Assembly: GCA_021846685.1 (NCBI GenBank)
Contig: JAJZWL010000001.1
Coordinates: 387 to 64,386 of the forward strand
Origin: a bacterium
GTDB taxonomy: Bacteria > Patescibacteriota > Dojkabacteria > JAKAPS01 > JAJZLI01
DNA length: 64,000 bases
Direction: 5' to 3'
In this document: positions 19,377-28,100 of the stretch, one piece after another
Layout of the letters: each line of letters starts with the position of its first letter
Position numbering within the stretch: the stretch's first letter is position 1
The notes under the pieces: generated by a model
Databases searched by the model: none
What the model was told of the DNA's origin: nothing
What the model saw: the letters and a program-made list of their open reading frames with translations, nothing else
Translations under genes and position numbers: made by a program

Positions 19377-20036
19377 TCAATCATAATTATAATAAAAAAT
19401 ATTCTCAAAATAAGTCCTATTTGCATAAAAATTATTAATATCTGTTTCTGAGAAAACCCCATTTGAAAATATTTGATACAGAGGATATAAAATGCTATTT
19501 TCTTCTACATCACTAAAAAAAGATAAATCTCCTCCAAGTTCTGTATATTTTCTTATTTTAGAGAGAATAATACAATTCTGTATATACTTAAACCCTCCTA
19601 ATTCTTTATATTTTTCTATAAATCTATAATTAGCATCCATTGTTATTTTTAATCTTAAATCTAGATTATCAAAATTCTCTATTGATATTTTAGCTTCATT
19701 TTCTATTGAAACAGGATTATTTCCTTCATAAATATTATTGTCAATCATAATGGAGTACCCTTCTTTAGAGAAGAATAGATTTAGAAAATCTTTTTCAAAG
19801 AATTCATATAAGAAAGATAGATTTCCCTTATTTTGTGTTTGTATATATGTATATATTGCCCTATATAGATAATCATATAAAGGTGCTTCTAACTCATCTA
19901 TCGAAGAGGTCATATCTTCTAATTTTCGAAGTAGAAAATCTTCTATTTCAGGATATTCTTCTAACCCTTTTATAAAATCTACAAAAAGATAAAAGTTATA
20001 TCCAAATTTATTGTTATAGTAATCTCTAAGTAACAT
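19377..20036 (-). CDS. Acidic soluble hypothetical protein, probably translationally coupled to the upstream polytopic-protein gene.
   Basis: The ORF-track start (20078) overlaps the upstream gene by 43 nt. The internal Met (MLLRDYY...) gives a 1-nt stop/start overlap. No TM segments. Confidence 0.4.
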   Translation of the reverse strand: MLLRDYYNNKFGYNFYLFVDFIKGLEEYPEIEDFLLRKLEDMTSSIDELEAPLYDYLYRAIYTYIQTQNKGNLSFLYEFFEKDFLNLFFSKEGYSIMIDNNIYEGNNPVSIENEAKISIENFDNLDLRLKITMDANYRFIEKYKELGGFKYIQNCIILSKIRKYTELGGDLSFFSDVEENSILYPLYQIFSNGVFSETDINNFYANRTYFENIFYYNYD

Positions 20037-21586
20037 TATGCTCCTGAACTTACTGCTTTTCTTGCAGAACCTGCCCATTTCCTAACGCTTCCATATGGGC
20101 CTTGGAATCTATTCTTCAATTCTGAAGAGTAAGAAGAGAAGTCGAACCCTAATGCCTTTGTAGCATCCGCTATAACCTTAGGAATAAGAACGAAGACTGC
20201 AATAGCTAATAAAAGAGAAATTGTTTGCGAATTACTATTTGTTAACAATTGACCTAAACCTAACAAGGGTAAAGAATTTCCATTTGTAAAACCTGGAGCA
20301 TGTTGCAAAAAATATATAAGATTAAACATTGTATATATTGTCGTATATATCAAAACTGCCTTAATCATTCCTTTAAAGAATGTCCCTATAAATTTAGTCT
20401 GCCCTGGAACTGATCCTGCTAGAAATAGAAATGGAGCAACTACTGGTAAGAATAAAAACATTAGATATCCTTTTAAAAGTTGTATTACTATCTTAAATGC
20501 AGTGAAAAGAAGTATTACTGCAATTATAAAAACAATAATCCCAGATATAACCACATTCTGCCCTGCAAATTTCCCTAAATCCACAATAAGTGTTTCTAGT
20601 ATCCCTTTAGAATGAACCTGAGAAAGAGTTATGCTCGCCCCATTCAAGAATTGCTTTGTTGTAGTAAATGATACATCTCCATAAACATTAAATATATAAT
20701 TATAAGAGCTAAAAGCACTATGAAATGAACCCGAGGTTAAGTTTCCATTTAAAGCTGAGAATGCAAAATATATAAATCCCAAAAGTATATTCATTAAGTC
20801 AACCATAAATCCTCCTATTGCATAACTAAAAGTTATAAGAATTACTGCCGCTACAATATTAGGAAGTGCACTTAAAAAAGTAATCGGGACTTGTCCTCCT
20901 ACCTTTCCACCTATAATAATCATGATTCCTGTAAATAAAATCACCAAAATTAAAAGTAAAAATGAAATATTTCTAGCTACTGCCCACAAAGGATATACTG
21001 GAGACAAGAAAGAAAATCCATAGACAGGGCCACTATAATTAGTAGCTGCGAATGTAGAATTTGAATTTGTTGCTTTATGGTAAAGATATGCGAAATAACT
21101 TACTCCACTTACTGGAGGATTAGTATATAAATCAGCCATAACAGAACTTGTATCCCCTAATGCTCCATACCCTCCAGTATATTGAAAATTTCTAGATGTT
21201 GCGCCTGGAGAGTTATATTGCGTATAATTTCCAATTATAGCAATAGATCCACTTTGAAAAATAGCAGGGGTAAATCCACAAGATTCCCAAACAGACAATC
21301 CAGATCCTCCAGATGGAGCACAGGTATTAAGAGTTGAAGAACTTCCTGCAAAAACTTGCCCTGCAGCCACAAAGCCAAAGACAAGAAACGCTATTAATAT
21401 TGTTTTTATACTTAAAAAGCTGGTTTTTCTAAAGTTAGTTTCCGCAGATCGTTCTACTATATCTATTGTGTCTCTTTTGTAAATTCCTAATTTTTTGGAT
21501 ATAATTTTTGACTTCAAGAAGAATATTTTATATTTTAATTTTTTTTCTTGAATTCTAGATTTAATAGAGTGTGTTAATTTATTCAT
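20036..21586 (-). CDS. Polytopic membrane protein with VirB6/TrbL-like topology: signal-anchor, extracytoplasmic domain of about 110 aa, then at least six TM helices.
   Basis: Hydrophobicity pattern read from the translation. The extracytoplasmic region is Ser/Gly/Thr-rich with two Cys. The similarity to VirB6/TrbL is topological only. Confidence 0.4.
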   Translation of the reverse strand: MNKLTHSIKSRIQEKKLKYKIFFLKSKIISKKLGIYKRDTIDIVERSAETNFRKTSFLSIKTILIAFLVFGFVAAGQVFAGSSSTLNTCAPSGGSGLSVWESCGFTPAIFQSGSIAIIGNYTQYNSPGATSRNFQYTGGYGALGDTSSVMADLYTNPPVSGVSYFAYLYHKATNSNSTFAATNYSGPVYGFSFLSPVYPLWAVARNISFLLLILVILFTGIMIIIGGKVGGQVPITFLSALPNIVAAVILITFSYAIGGFMVDLMNILLGFIYFAFSALNGNLTSGSFHSAFSSYNYIFNVYGDVSFTTTKQFLNGASITLSQVHSKGILETLIVDLGKFAGQNVVISGIIVFIIAVILLFTAFKIVIQLLKGYLMFLFLPVVAPFLFLAGSVPGQTKFIGTFFKGMIKAVLIYTTIYTMFNLIYFLQHAPGFTNGNSLPLLGLGQLLTNSNSQTISLLLAIAVFVLIPKVIADATKALGFDFSSYSSELKNRFQGPYGSVRKWAGSARKAVSSGA

Positions 21587-21618
21587 AAAACATTAAATTG
21601 TATCAAAAACTATATATA

Positions 21619-22290
21619 TTACAATAGCAAATCTGATCTATTTTTTCTAGTTTTTTTAAGACTTTCTTTTTTTCTATATTCTTCAACCTTTTTGTGATCT
21701 CCAGAAATAAGTACTTCAGGAACTTTTTCCTCCATAAAAATAGCAGGTCTCGTATATTGAGGATATTCAAGCAAATTGGGATCAGAAAAAGACTCTTCTG
21801 ATAAAGATTCATTATTCCCTAGAACGCCTGGAATAAGACGTGATACGGAATCTAAAACACACAAAGAGGCATAGTCTCCAGAAGAGAGAATAAAGTCTCC
21901 TATACTTAATTCTATATCTACAAATTTTAAAATTCTCTCATCAAATCCTTCAAATTTAGGACAGATTAATGTTATATTTTCTTTTTTTGAAAAATTTATT
22001 GTTTTTTGTTGATTAAATTTCTTTCCAGAAGCTGAAAATATTATTGAGTAAGTATCTTGAGTTTCTTTTATCTTTTTCAAAGCGTTATATAACACATCTA
22101 CTCTAAGAATCATTCCTGCTCCTCCTCCGTAAGGAGAATCATCTATTGACCCGCGTTTATCTATTGCACTATCTCTAAGAGAGTGTATTTCTATTTGAAG
22201 TTTTTTTTGAGTTATTGCCCTTTGTATTATTCCAAATTTAAATATATTTGAATAAAATTCAGGATACAGAGTAATAATATTAACTTTCAT
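21619..22290 (-). CDS. trmD: tRNA (guanine37-N1)-methyltransferase.
   Basis: MKVNIITLYPEF N-terminus and the YGGGAGM SAM-binding block. 223 aa. Confidence 0.85.
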   Translation of the reverse strand: MKVNIITLYPEFYSNIFKFGIIQRAITQKKLQIEIHSLRDSAIDKRGSIDDSPYGGGAGMILRVDVLYNALKKIKETQDTYSIIFSASGKKFNQQKTINFSKKENITLICPKFEGFDERILKFVDIELSIGDFILSSGDYASLCVLDSVSRLIPGVLGNNESLSEESFSDPNLLEYPQYTRPAIFMEEKVPEVLISGDHKKVEEYRKKESLKKTRKNRSDLLL

Positions 22291-22296
22291 TTATTT

Positions 22297-22620
22297 TTAT
22301 AAAAGCTCTTCTATTTGTTTTACAAAATCAGCTTTAGGTCTTACTCCTATGAGTCTTGCAACTTCTTTTCCTTCTTTAAAGAAGACAACATTAGGAATGC
22401 TCATAACTTGATATTCTGATGCCCTGTCTGAACTTGCATCTACATCTAATTTACATACCTTCACTTTATCTTTATATTCTTCAGAAACTTCTTCTATTAC
22501 AGGAGAGAGCATATGACAAGGCATACACCAATCAGCCCAGAAGTCTACAATAACAATTTTTTCTTTTTCATCTAGAACTTCTTTTTGAAATGTTTGAGAA
22601 TCTAAATCTACGTGAGACAT
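22297..22620 (-). CDS. trxA: Thioredoxin.
   Basis: WCMPC active site (CxxC). 107 aa with a thioredoxin-fold layout. Confidence 0.85.
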   Translation of the reverse strand: MSHVDLDSQTFQKEVLDEKEKIVIVDFWADWCMPCHMLSPVIEEVSEEYKDKVKVCKLDVDASSDRASEYQVMSIPNVVFFKEGKEVARLIGVRPKADFVKQIEELL

Positions 22621-22631
22621 TATATTAAATC

Positions 22632-22661
22632 ATTATAAATTAATTGATCTTAGTATATCAA
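22632..22661 (-). promoter_or_regulatory. Putative promoter for trxA-trmD and the downstream block (minus strand).
   Basis: On the minus strand: TTGATA, an 18-nt spacer, then TATAAT, ending 11 nt before the trxA ATG. Confidence 0.25.
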
Positions 22662-22694
22662 AAAAAGGCGGGAATAAAAACCCCGCCTTTCTTG
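22661..22694 (-). terminator. Rho-independent terminator ending the pilin gene (minus strand).
   Basis: A perfect 7-bp GC-rich stem (AGGCGGG / CCCGCCT) with a 7-8-nt loop. It is followed on the transcribed strand by a run of seven U. Confidence 0.6.
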
Positions 22695-22717
22695 AGCAGT
22701 ATAGATAAAGAGAAAAA

Positions 22718-23299
22718 TTAACTTCCTCCGTTATATTCGTATACTAATGGGTATCCTGCTGTGTTTGTAGTAGCTCCTTTAGGTAAAGCAGCTCCAGTTC
22801 CAGTAGAGAAAACCAATATTTTATTTCCTGCTATATTTTCCCCTACATAATAGTTTCCTGCTGGAAGAGATCCCAGATCAGCACTAATTGCAGTATATAA
22901 AGCAGAACCTGTTGTTAACTGTTCACAATCTCCTGCGGCAGTTCCTGTTGCTATAGCAACGGATGCATTAGGAATAGTTCCTGTTCCTGTAACACAATAA
23001 GGTGTCCCAGTAGATGAGCCAGTAACACTAAATCCATATGCAGTAGATGTAACAATTACACTTCCTGAAGAAGGTGTAGGAATCCCAGATGGGTATTGTC
23101 CTTTATTATCAACTGTATATGTCTGAATAGCTTTATATATTTGTTGTATATTACTTTCAGTAGTTGTATTGTTTGCATCTGCAATTCTTCCAATTGGATC
23201 CAAGGCAATAAATACTACTAAAGCTAAAATAGCAATAATAACAATAACTATCAAAATTTCAATCAGGGTGAAACCCTTTTTATTTGTAATTTTTTTCAT
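22718..23299 (-). CDS. Type IV pilin (class III signal peptide), likely major pilin.
   Basis: The leader MKKITNKKG followed by FTLIEILIVIVI gives Gly at -1 and Glu at +5. A strong SD (AAGGGAGGTGA) lies 8 nt upstream; SD sequences are rare elsewhere in the window. Followed by an intrinsic terminator. Confidence 0.75.
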   Translation of the reverse strand: MKKITNKKGFTLIEILIVIVIIAILALVVFIALDPIGRIADANNTTTESNIQQIYKAIQTYTVDNKGQYPSGIPTPSSGSVIVTSTAYGFSVTGSSTGTPYCVTGTGTIPNASVAIATGTAAGDCEQLTTGSALYTAISADLGSLPAGNYYVGENIAGNKILVFSTGTGAALPKGATTNTAGYPLVYEYNGGS

Positions 23300-23364
23300 T
23301 TTTTCTCACCTCCCTTGTTTTATATATTTAATAATTTATATCAGTCCCCTTTTTTTGTCAATAA

Positions 23365-23895
23365 TTAAAAATTGTAAATTTGGTAAGCAACTGCAAATCC
23401 CTTCTTATCAATATTTGACCCTTGTCCTAAGTCTGTACAAAAAACAACAACTTTTGTTCCATAGATATTTTTTGCCACATAAAAATCCCCTTTTGGCAAT
23501 CCTCCTTTAATGTATGGAGATATTTGAGAGGCAAAAGGAGTATTAGTTACAACCCCTAAACATGTATTGTCATATGCTCCTGCCTGTATACAATTTGGAA
23601 TTCCAGGAGAATTTCCCATAACATCAAATCCTGCCCCTACTCCAGAAGCTTGAGTGTTATTTATTACTAAAGGAGAAGATATAGATGGAATAGAAGAAGG
23701 AATCTGCCCCTTATTTGCAATTGAATATTCTGCGATTGCATTTACTATTGTTTCAACAGCTTTTTCTTTTTTAATATTATATGAATCTGAAACTGCCTTT
23801 ACTGGATTAATCTCAAAAAAAACAATAAGGGAGAATAAAGCTATTGTTACTAAGAATAAAAGTATTTCTGCTATCCCAAAATTCTTTTTTTCCAT
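23365..23895 (-). CDS. Pilin-like paralogue with a non-canonical N-terminus.
   Basis: The mature part is clearly homologous to the neighbouring pilin (IQQIYKAIQTY... aligns with VETIVNAIAEY...). The N-terminus MEKKNFG-IAEILLF places the Glu at +3 rather than +5. Confidence 0.55.
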   Translation of the reverse strand: MEKKNFGIAEILLFLVTIALFSLIVFFEINPVKAVSDSYNIKKEKAVETIVNAIAEYSIANKGQIPSSIPSISSPLVINNTQASGVGAGFDVMGNSPGIPNCIQAGAYDNTCLGVVTNTPFASQISPYIKGGLPKGDFYVAKNIYGTKVVVFCTDLGQGSNIDKKGFAVAYQIYNF

Positions 23896-23950
23896 AATTA
23901 TATATTAATATAGCATAGTGATATTTTTTTTTAAATATACCCTTGAAAAG

Positions 23951-23959
23951 TTATCCACA
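23951..23959 (+). promoter_or_regulatory. Perfect DnaA box (TTATCCACA) in the dnaA upstream region.
   Basis: Exact 9-mer consensus, 58 nt upstream of the dnaA start. Confidence 0.6.
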
Positions 23960-24016
23960 ATTTGCTACTCTATGTACTTACAAATCTGTCCCGAAAATTA
24001 TTTTCAAAAATAAATT

Positions 24017-25351
24017 ATGCAAAATAATGTAAATGCTGTTTGGAAAATTGCATCTTCTCAAATAAAACTTAAAATTAATGAGAATAATTTTAAGATCTGG
24101 TTTAATAAAATTAAGCTAGAGTCTATAGATAATAATATTGCAACAATTTCATGTCAAAATTCATTTACTTCAGATTATATTCAAAAAAATTATCTTAATA
24201 TAACTAAGAATTCAATAAAGGAGGTTTATGGAAGAGATATTGATATTGTTTTTAAAGTAAGACCAGAGACTGTTAATACTCAAGAAGAGCCTATATTTTC
24301 AATACAAGAAGATAAAAAAATGTTATTATCTTCAAATTTAAATCCGAAATATCAAATAAAAAACTTTATAGTTGGTTCTTCAAACAGACTAGCACATGCT
24401 GCTGCATTAGCTATTATCGAATCTCCTGGTACATTATATAACCCTTTTTTCATATATGGAGGGGTTGGTTTGGGAAAAACACATCTTATGCAAGCTATAG
24501 GAAATGAAATCCTTTCAAAAAATCCAGATACAAAAATTACCTATATGAGTAGTGAAACATTACTTAATGATTTTATTAACTCTATAGTAAAAGGTAAAAA
24601 TGAGAATTTTAGAAAAAAATATAGAGAAAATGATGTATTAATAATAGATGATATACAATTTATATCTGGTAAAAAAGGTATTCAGGAAGAATTTTTTCAT
24701 ACTTTCAATACACTTCAGCAATCAAATAAGCAAATAATACTCGCCTCAGATAGACATCCTAAAGAAATAGAAAATTTAGAAGAAAGATTGGTTTCTCGTT
24801 TTGAAGGAGGTATGGTAGCTGATATAACAAATCCTGATGAAGAAATGAGAATTGCAATTTTAAGAAAGAAGTGTGAAGAAAAAAATATAAATATTGATGA
24901 AGATATAATAAATTTAATATCAGAAAATGTAAAATCTAATATTAGAGAATTAGAAGGTGTTTTAACAAAAATAGTTGCTACTGAAAATATACTGAATAAA
25001 AAATTAAATAAAGATGAAGTATCTAAATTAATAGGAATTCATATAAAAAAAAGAAATAGGATACTTAAACCTAAGGATATTATAATAACAGTTTGTGAAA
25101 AATTTGGTATATCTCAAAGAGAGATAATTGGAACAAAGAGAACTAATAGAATTGTTCTTCCAAGACAGATTGCTATGTATATGTTAAGAAAAGATCTAAA
25201 TTTACCACTTATGGAAGTTGCAAATATACTTAAAAGAAAAGATCATACAACAGTTTTACATGCTGTGGATAAGATAGAGAAGTTAATTGAAAATGATATG
25301 TACTTAAAAGAAGAAATTAGTGATATAAGAGGCTCTTTAGAAACAAATTAA
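24017..25351 (+). CDS. dnaA: Chromosomal replication initiator protein DnaA.
   Basis: AAA+ Walker A GGVGLGKTHL, and a C-terminal DnaA-box binding domain (VLPRQIAMYMLRK..TVLHA). Confidence 0.95.
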   Translation: MQNNVNAVWKIASSQIKLKINENNFKIWFNKIKLESIDNNIATISCQNSFTSDYIQKNYLNITKNSIKEVYGRDIDIVFKVRPETVNTQEEPIFSIQEDKKMLLSSNLNPKYQIKNFIVGSSNRLAHAAALAIIESPGTLYNPFFIYGGVGLGKTHLMQAIGNEILSKNPDTKITYMSSETLLNDFINSIVKGKNENFRKKYRENDVLIIDDIQFISGKKGIQEEFFHTFNTLQQSNKQIILASDRHPKEIENLEERLVSRFEGGMVADITNPDEEMRIAILRKKCEEKNINIDEDIINLISENVKSNIRELEGVLTKIVATENILNKKLNKDEVSKLIGIHIKKRNRILKPKDIIITVCEKFGISQREIIGTKRTNRIVLPRQIAMYMLRKDLNLPLMEVANILKRKDHTTVLHAVDKIEKLIENDMYLKEEISDIRGSLETN

Positions 25352-25661
25352 GTATTGTGAATTTAATGTGATATATATGTGTTTAAATTGTTTATAACTT
25401 AAATATATTGTGTATATAAAAATTTAGTTATTTTTATATATAAACTATTTATCCAACAATCCTACACATAGAATATATATGTATTTTATTAAAAAAAATA
25501 TGAGCTATTATTAAGTTTGCAATAAAAATATATAATGTATATTATGAACACGAAATACACATTAATTTTTACTTTAAGTATATAGATAAAATTTATATTT
25601 AGTAGAGTTATAAACATACACTACTAAGACTACTATTTTTATATATAATATAATAATAAAT
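25352..25661 (+). other. AT-rich dnaA-dnaN intergenic region, likely oriC DNA-unwinding element with degenerate DnaA boxes.
   Basis: 310 bp that is nearly all A/T. A near-consensus box TTATCCAAC lies at 25449-25457, and a TGTGTATAT-type box near 25409. Confidence 0.5.
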
Positions 25662-26798
25662 ATGGATATTAATATTACAAGAGAAAATTTTATAGAACTT
25701 TTAAATTTTAATATTAAGACACAAAATACAAAAATTAGTATTCCTATACTTTCGAATGTTTGTATAGAAGCTAAAGACAGTAAATTAATATTAAAAAGTA
25801 CTAATCTTGAAAATAGTATTATATCTGTTTCTGGAGTAGAAATTATAAAAGAAGGTACTACAACTGTAAATTTGAAAAATATATATGATTTTGTATCTAA
25901 TCTTAAGTCAGAAATTATAAATATTAAATTAGATAATAATATATTAACCATATCTGACGAAAATAATCATATTTCATTAAATACAATATCTTCAGAAGAA
26001 TTCCCTGATATACCTGATTCTAAAGGTAATTTAATATTAAAAATACCTGCTTTTGATTTCTCAACAGCTTTAGATAAAGTTACTTTTGCAACTTCTACAG
26101 ATATTTCTAAATTAATTTTATCTGGAGTTTTATTTGAATTTGATGATAAAAACTTAAAATTGGTTGGTATTAATGGATTTAGATTTTCAAGTGTTGAAGT
26201 AGATAATATAATTAAAGAAACTAAAGAAACTTTACCTAATATTATTGTACCTTCTTATTCTCTTGATAGTGTGTCTAAAATAATAAAAGAATTAGATATG
26301 GATAATGATTCTTATGTCTATGTATATATATTTGGAAAAAACAATCAAATCATATTTGAAATTGAAAACGTAACTTTTGTAGTAAGGTTAATAGAAGGTA
26401 AGTATCCTGATTATTTAAAAATTTTTCCTACTGATTATGAATCTGAATTTACTCTTTTAACTCAGGATCTAAAAGATGTAGTAAAATTATCTAGTATATT
26501 CAGATTTAAGGATATTTCTAGAATATATTTAGATATTGATCCTAAAGAAGGTATTATTAAATTTCAATCTTCATTAAAGGAAGTTGGAGAAAGTAATTCT
26601 ATAATAAAAACTAAAATAAAAGGAAATAAAGTTATTGCAAGTTTTAATTCTAAATACATTATGGATTTTTTAAATCATATAGATTCTGAATATATTAATA
26701 TATATATTAATCCATCTTCTTTAAAAAAAGTATCAAAATTTCAAGAAAAAGATAATAGTAAATTTACATACTTAGTTATGCCTTTAATGGAAAGGTAA
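25662..26798 (+). CDS. dnaN: DNA polymerase III beta subunit (sliding clamp).
   Basis: 378 aa. The N-terminus (MDINITRENFIELLNFNIKTQNTKISIPILSNVCIEAKDSKLIL) follows the DnaN pattern, consistent with a three-domain length, and the gene is in the canonical position after dnaA. Confidence 0.9.
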   Translation: MDINITRENFIELLNFNIKTQNTKISIPILSNVCIEAKDSKLILKSTNLENSIISVSGVEIIKEGTTTVNLKNIYDFVSNLKSEIINIKLDNNILTISDENNHISLNTISSEEFPDIPDSKGNLILKIPAFDFSTALDKVTFATSTDISKLILSGVLFEFDDKNLKLVGINGFRFSSVEVDNIIKETKETLPNIIVPSYSLDSVSKIIKELDMDNDSYVYVYIFGKNNQIIFEIENVTFVVRLIEGKYPDYLKIFPTDYESEFTLLTQDLKDVVKLSSIFRFKDISRIYLDIDPKEGIIKFQSSLKEVGESNSIIKTKIKGNKVIASFNSKYIMDFLNHIDSEYINIYINPSSLKKVSKFQEKDNSKFTYLVMPLMER

Positions 26799-26890
26799 TA
26801 TTATTTTAATAAATTATTCGAGGATTTGTAAATTAAGTAAAACAATATATCGTCAAAATAGATTGAACTTATACACAACCAAATATTGAT

Positions 26891-28024
26891 TTATTTCCTA
26901 GAAAATAATGTATCAGCAAAATTGTTGCTCGTAATCACAGTAAACGTATTTTTAGGGTACAGTACATTAAACTCATTAGGCAACTTGGCTTGTTTTTCCC
27001 TCCATTTAAACTCAAAAGCACTCATGTTACCATTATACTCTTCAATAAGATCAATTTCTTTTTGGCTATAACTACGCCAGAAAAAATAGTTAGGTTTATA
27101 TTCTCCATATTCGTTTGATTTTATTCTCTCTGTCACACAAAAGTTTTCCCATAATGCACCTACATCATTACGTAGATTCAATTCATTAAAATTTCTAATA
27201 AGACTGTTGCGCAAACCAAGGTCTATGAAATATATTTTGCGTAGTTTTCCTACTTCACTGCGCGGGTTTCTTTTTAAAGCTGGAAGACGATAAATAACGA
27301 AAGTCTGTTCCAGTAGAAAGATATATCTCTCAATAGTTTTGATATCTACTTCTAACAGGTTTGACAATTCCCTAAGACTAACCTCATTTCCTAATTGTAA
27401 GGCTAATGCTTGGAGAAGCTTGGTTAATAAAGGAGCCTTCTTGAGGTTTTCATATTTCAATATGTCTTTGAATAAATAATTGGAACTTAGCTCTGTAAGT
27501 GCATCCACAGCTTCACTGTCTGACATATTCCATATCATTGGATATGAACCAAATAGAAGCATCCTCTTCATGGTCTGATCTGAGATTAATCTATCACCTT
27601 GAGTAATTTCTATAAATGAGAGAGGTTCTAAATGAAAAGTCCAAGATCTTCCAGTCAATGGCTCACTAATTTTATTAGCAAGGTCAAAACTAGAGCTACC
27701 AGTCGCAATAATTTGCATTTCAGGATAATTTTCCACAAGAAGTTTTAAAGTAATCCCAATATTTTCTACTCTTTGGGCTTCATCAATTACCACAAGTTCG
27801 TAATCCCCTATAAAACTTTTTAATTCTGCAGCACTTCTATTTGTTAGATTAGCCACTACACTTGGTTCATCTCCATTTAAATAACGTCCTTTTTTCGAAG
27901 ATGTATTTAAAATTTTTTTGCTAAGAATAGTCTTTCCAACCTGGCGTGCCCCATACAAAATGATAACTCTCCCTTTGTATAGATGCTTTTCAATATTATC
28001 TTGTAGCATTCTATGAAATATCAT
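26891..28024 (-). CDS. AAA-family ATPase with a DUF4143-type C-terminal domain.
   Basis: Walker A GARQVGKT and Walker B VVIDEAQ. The architecture matches the AAA_14 plus DUF4143 family common in CPR and archaea. Confidence 0.7.
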   Translation of the reverse strand: MIFHRMLQDNIEKHLYKGRVIILYGARQVGKTILSKKILNTSSKKGRYLNGDEPSVVANLTNRSAAELKSFIGDYELVVIDEAQRVENIGITLKLLVENYPEMQIIATGSSSFDLANKISEPLTGRSWTFHLEPLSFIEITQGDRLISDQTMKRMLLFGSYPMIWNMSDSEAVDALTELSSNYLFKDILKYENLKKAPLLTKLLQALALQLGNEVSLRELSNLLEVDIKTIERYIFLLEQTFVIYRLPALKRNPRSEVGKLRKIYFIDLGLRNSLIRNFNELNLRNDVGALWENFCVTERIKSNEYGEYKPNYFFWRSYSQKEIDLIEEYNGNMSAFEFKWREKQAKLPNEFNVLYPKNTFTVITSNNFADTLFSRK

Positions 28025-28100
28025 AACTTAATTATATATGAATTGGTAGATACAAGTCAATCAATTATATATGAATTAGTAGACTTGTGTAAATAACTAT

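Noticed and set aside
21603-21812. 69-aa ORF overlapping the 3-prime end of trmD.
   Set aside because: It sits in an alternate frame of a well-supported gene. Spurious.
25574-25951. 125-aa minus-strand ORF spanning the dnaA-dnaN spacer and the dnaN start.
   Set aside because: It overlaps the conserved dnaN N-terminus and the AT-rich unwinding element, and its hydrophobic composition reflects AT-rich translation. Not a gene.
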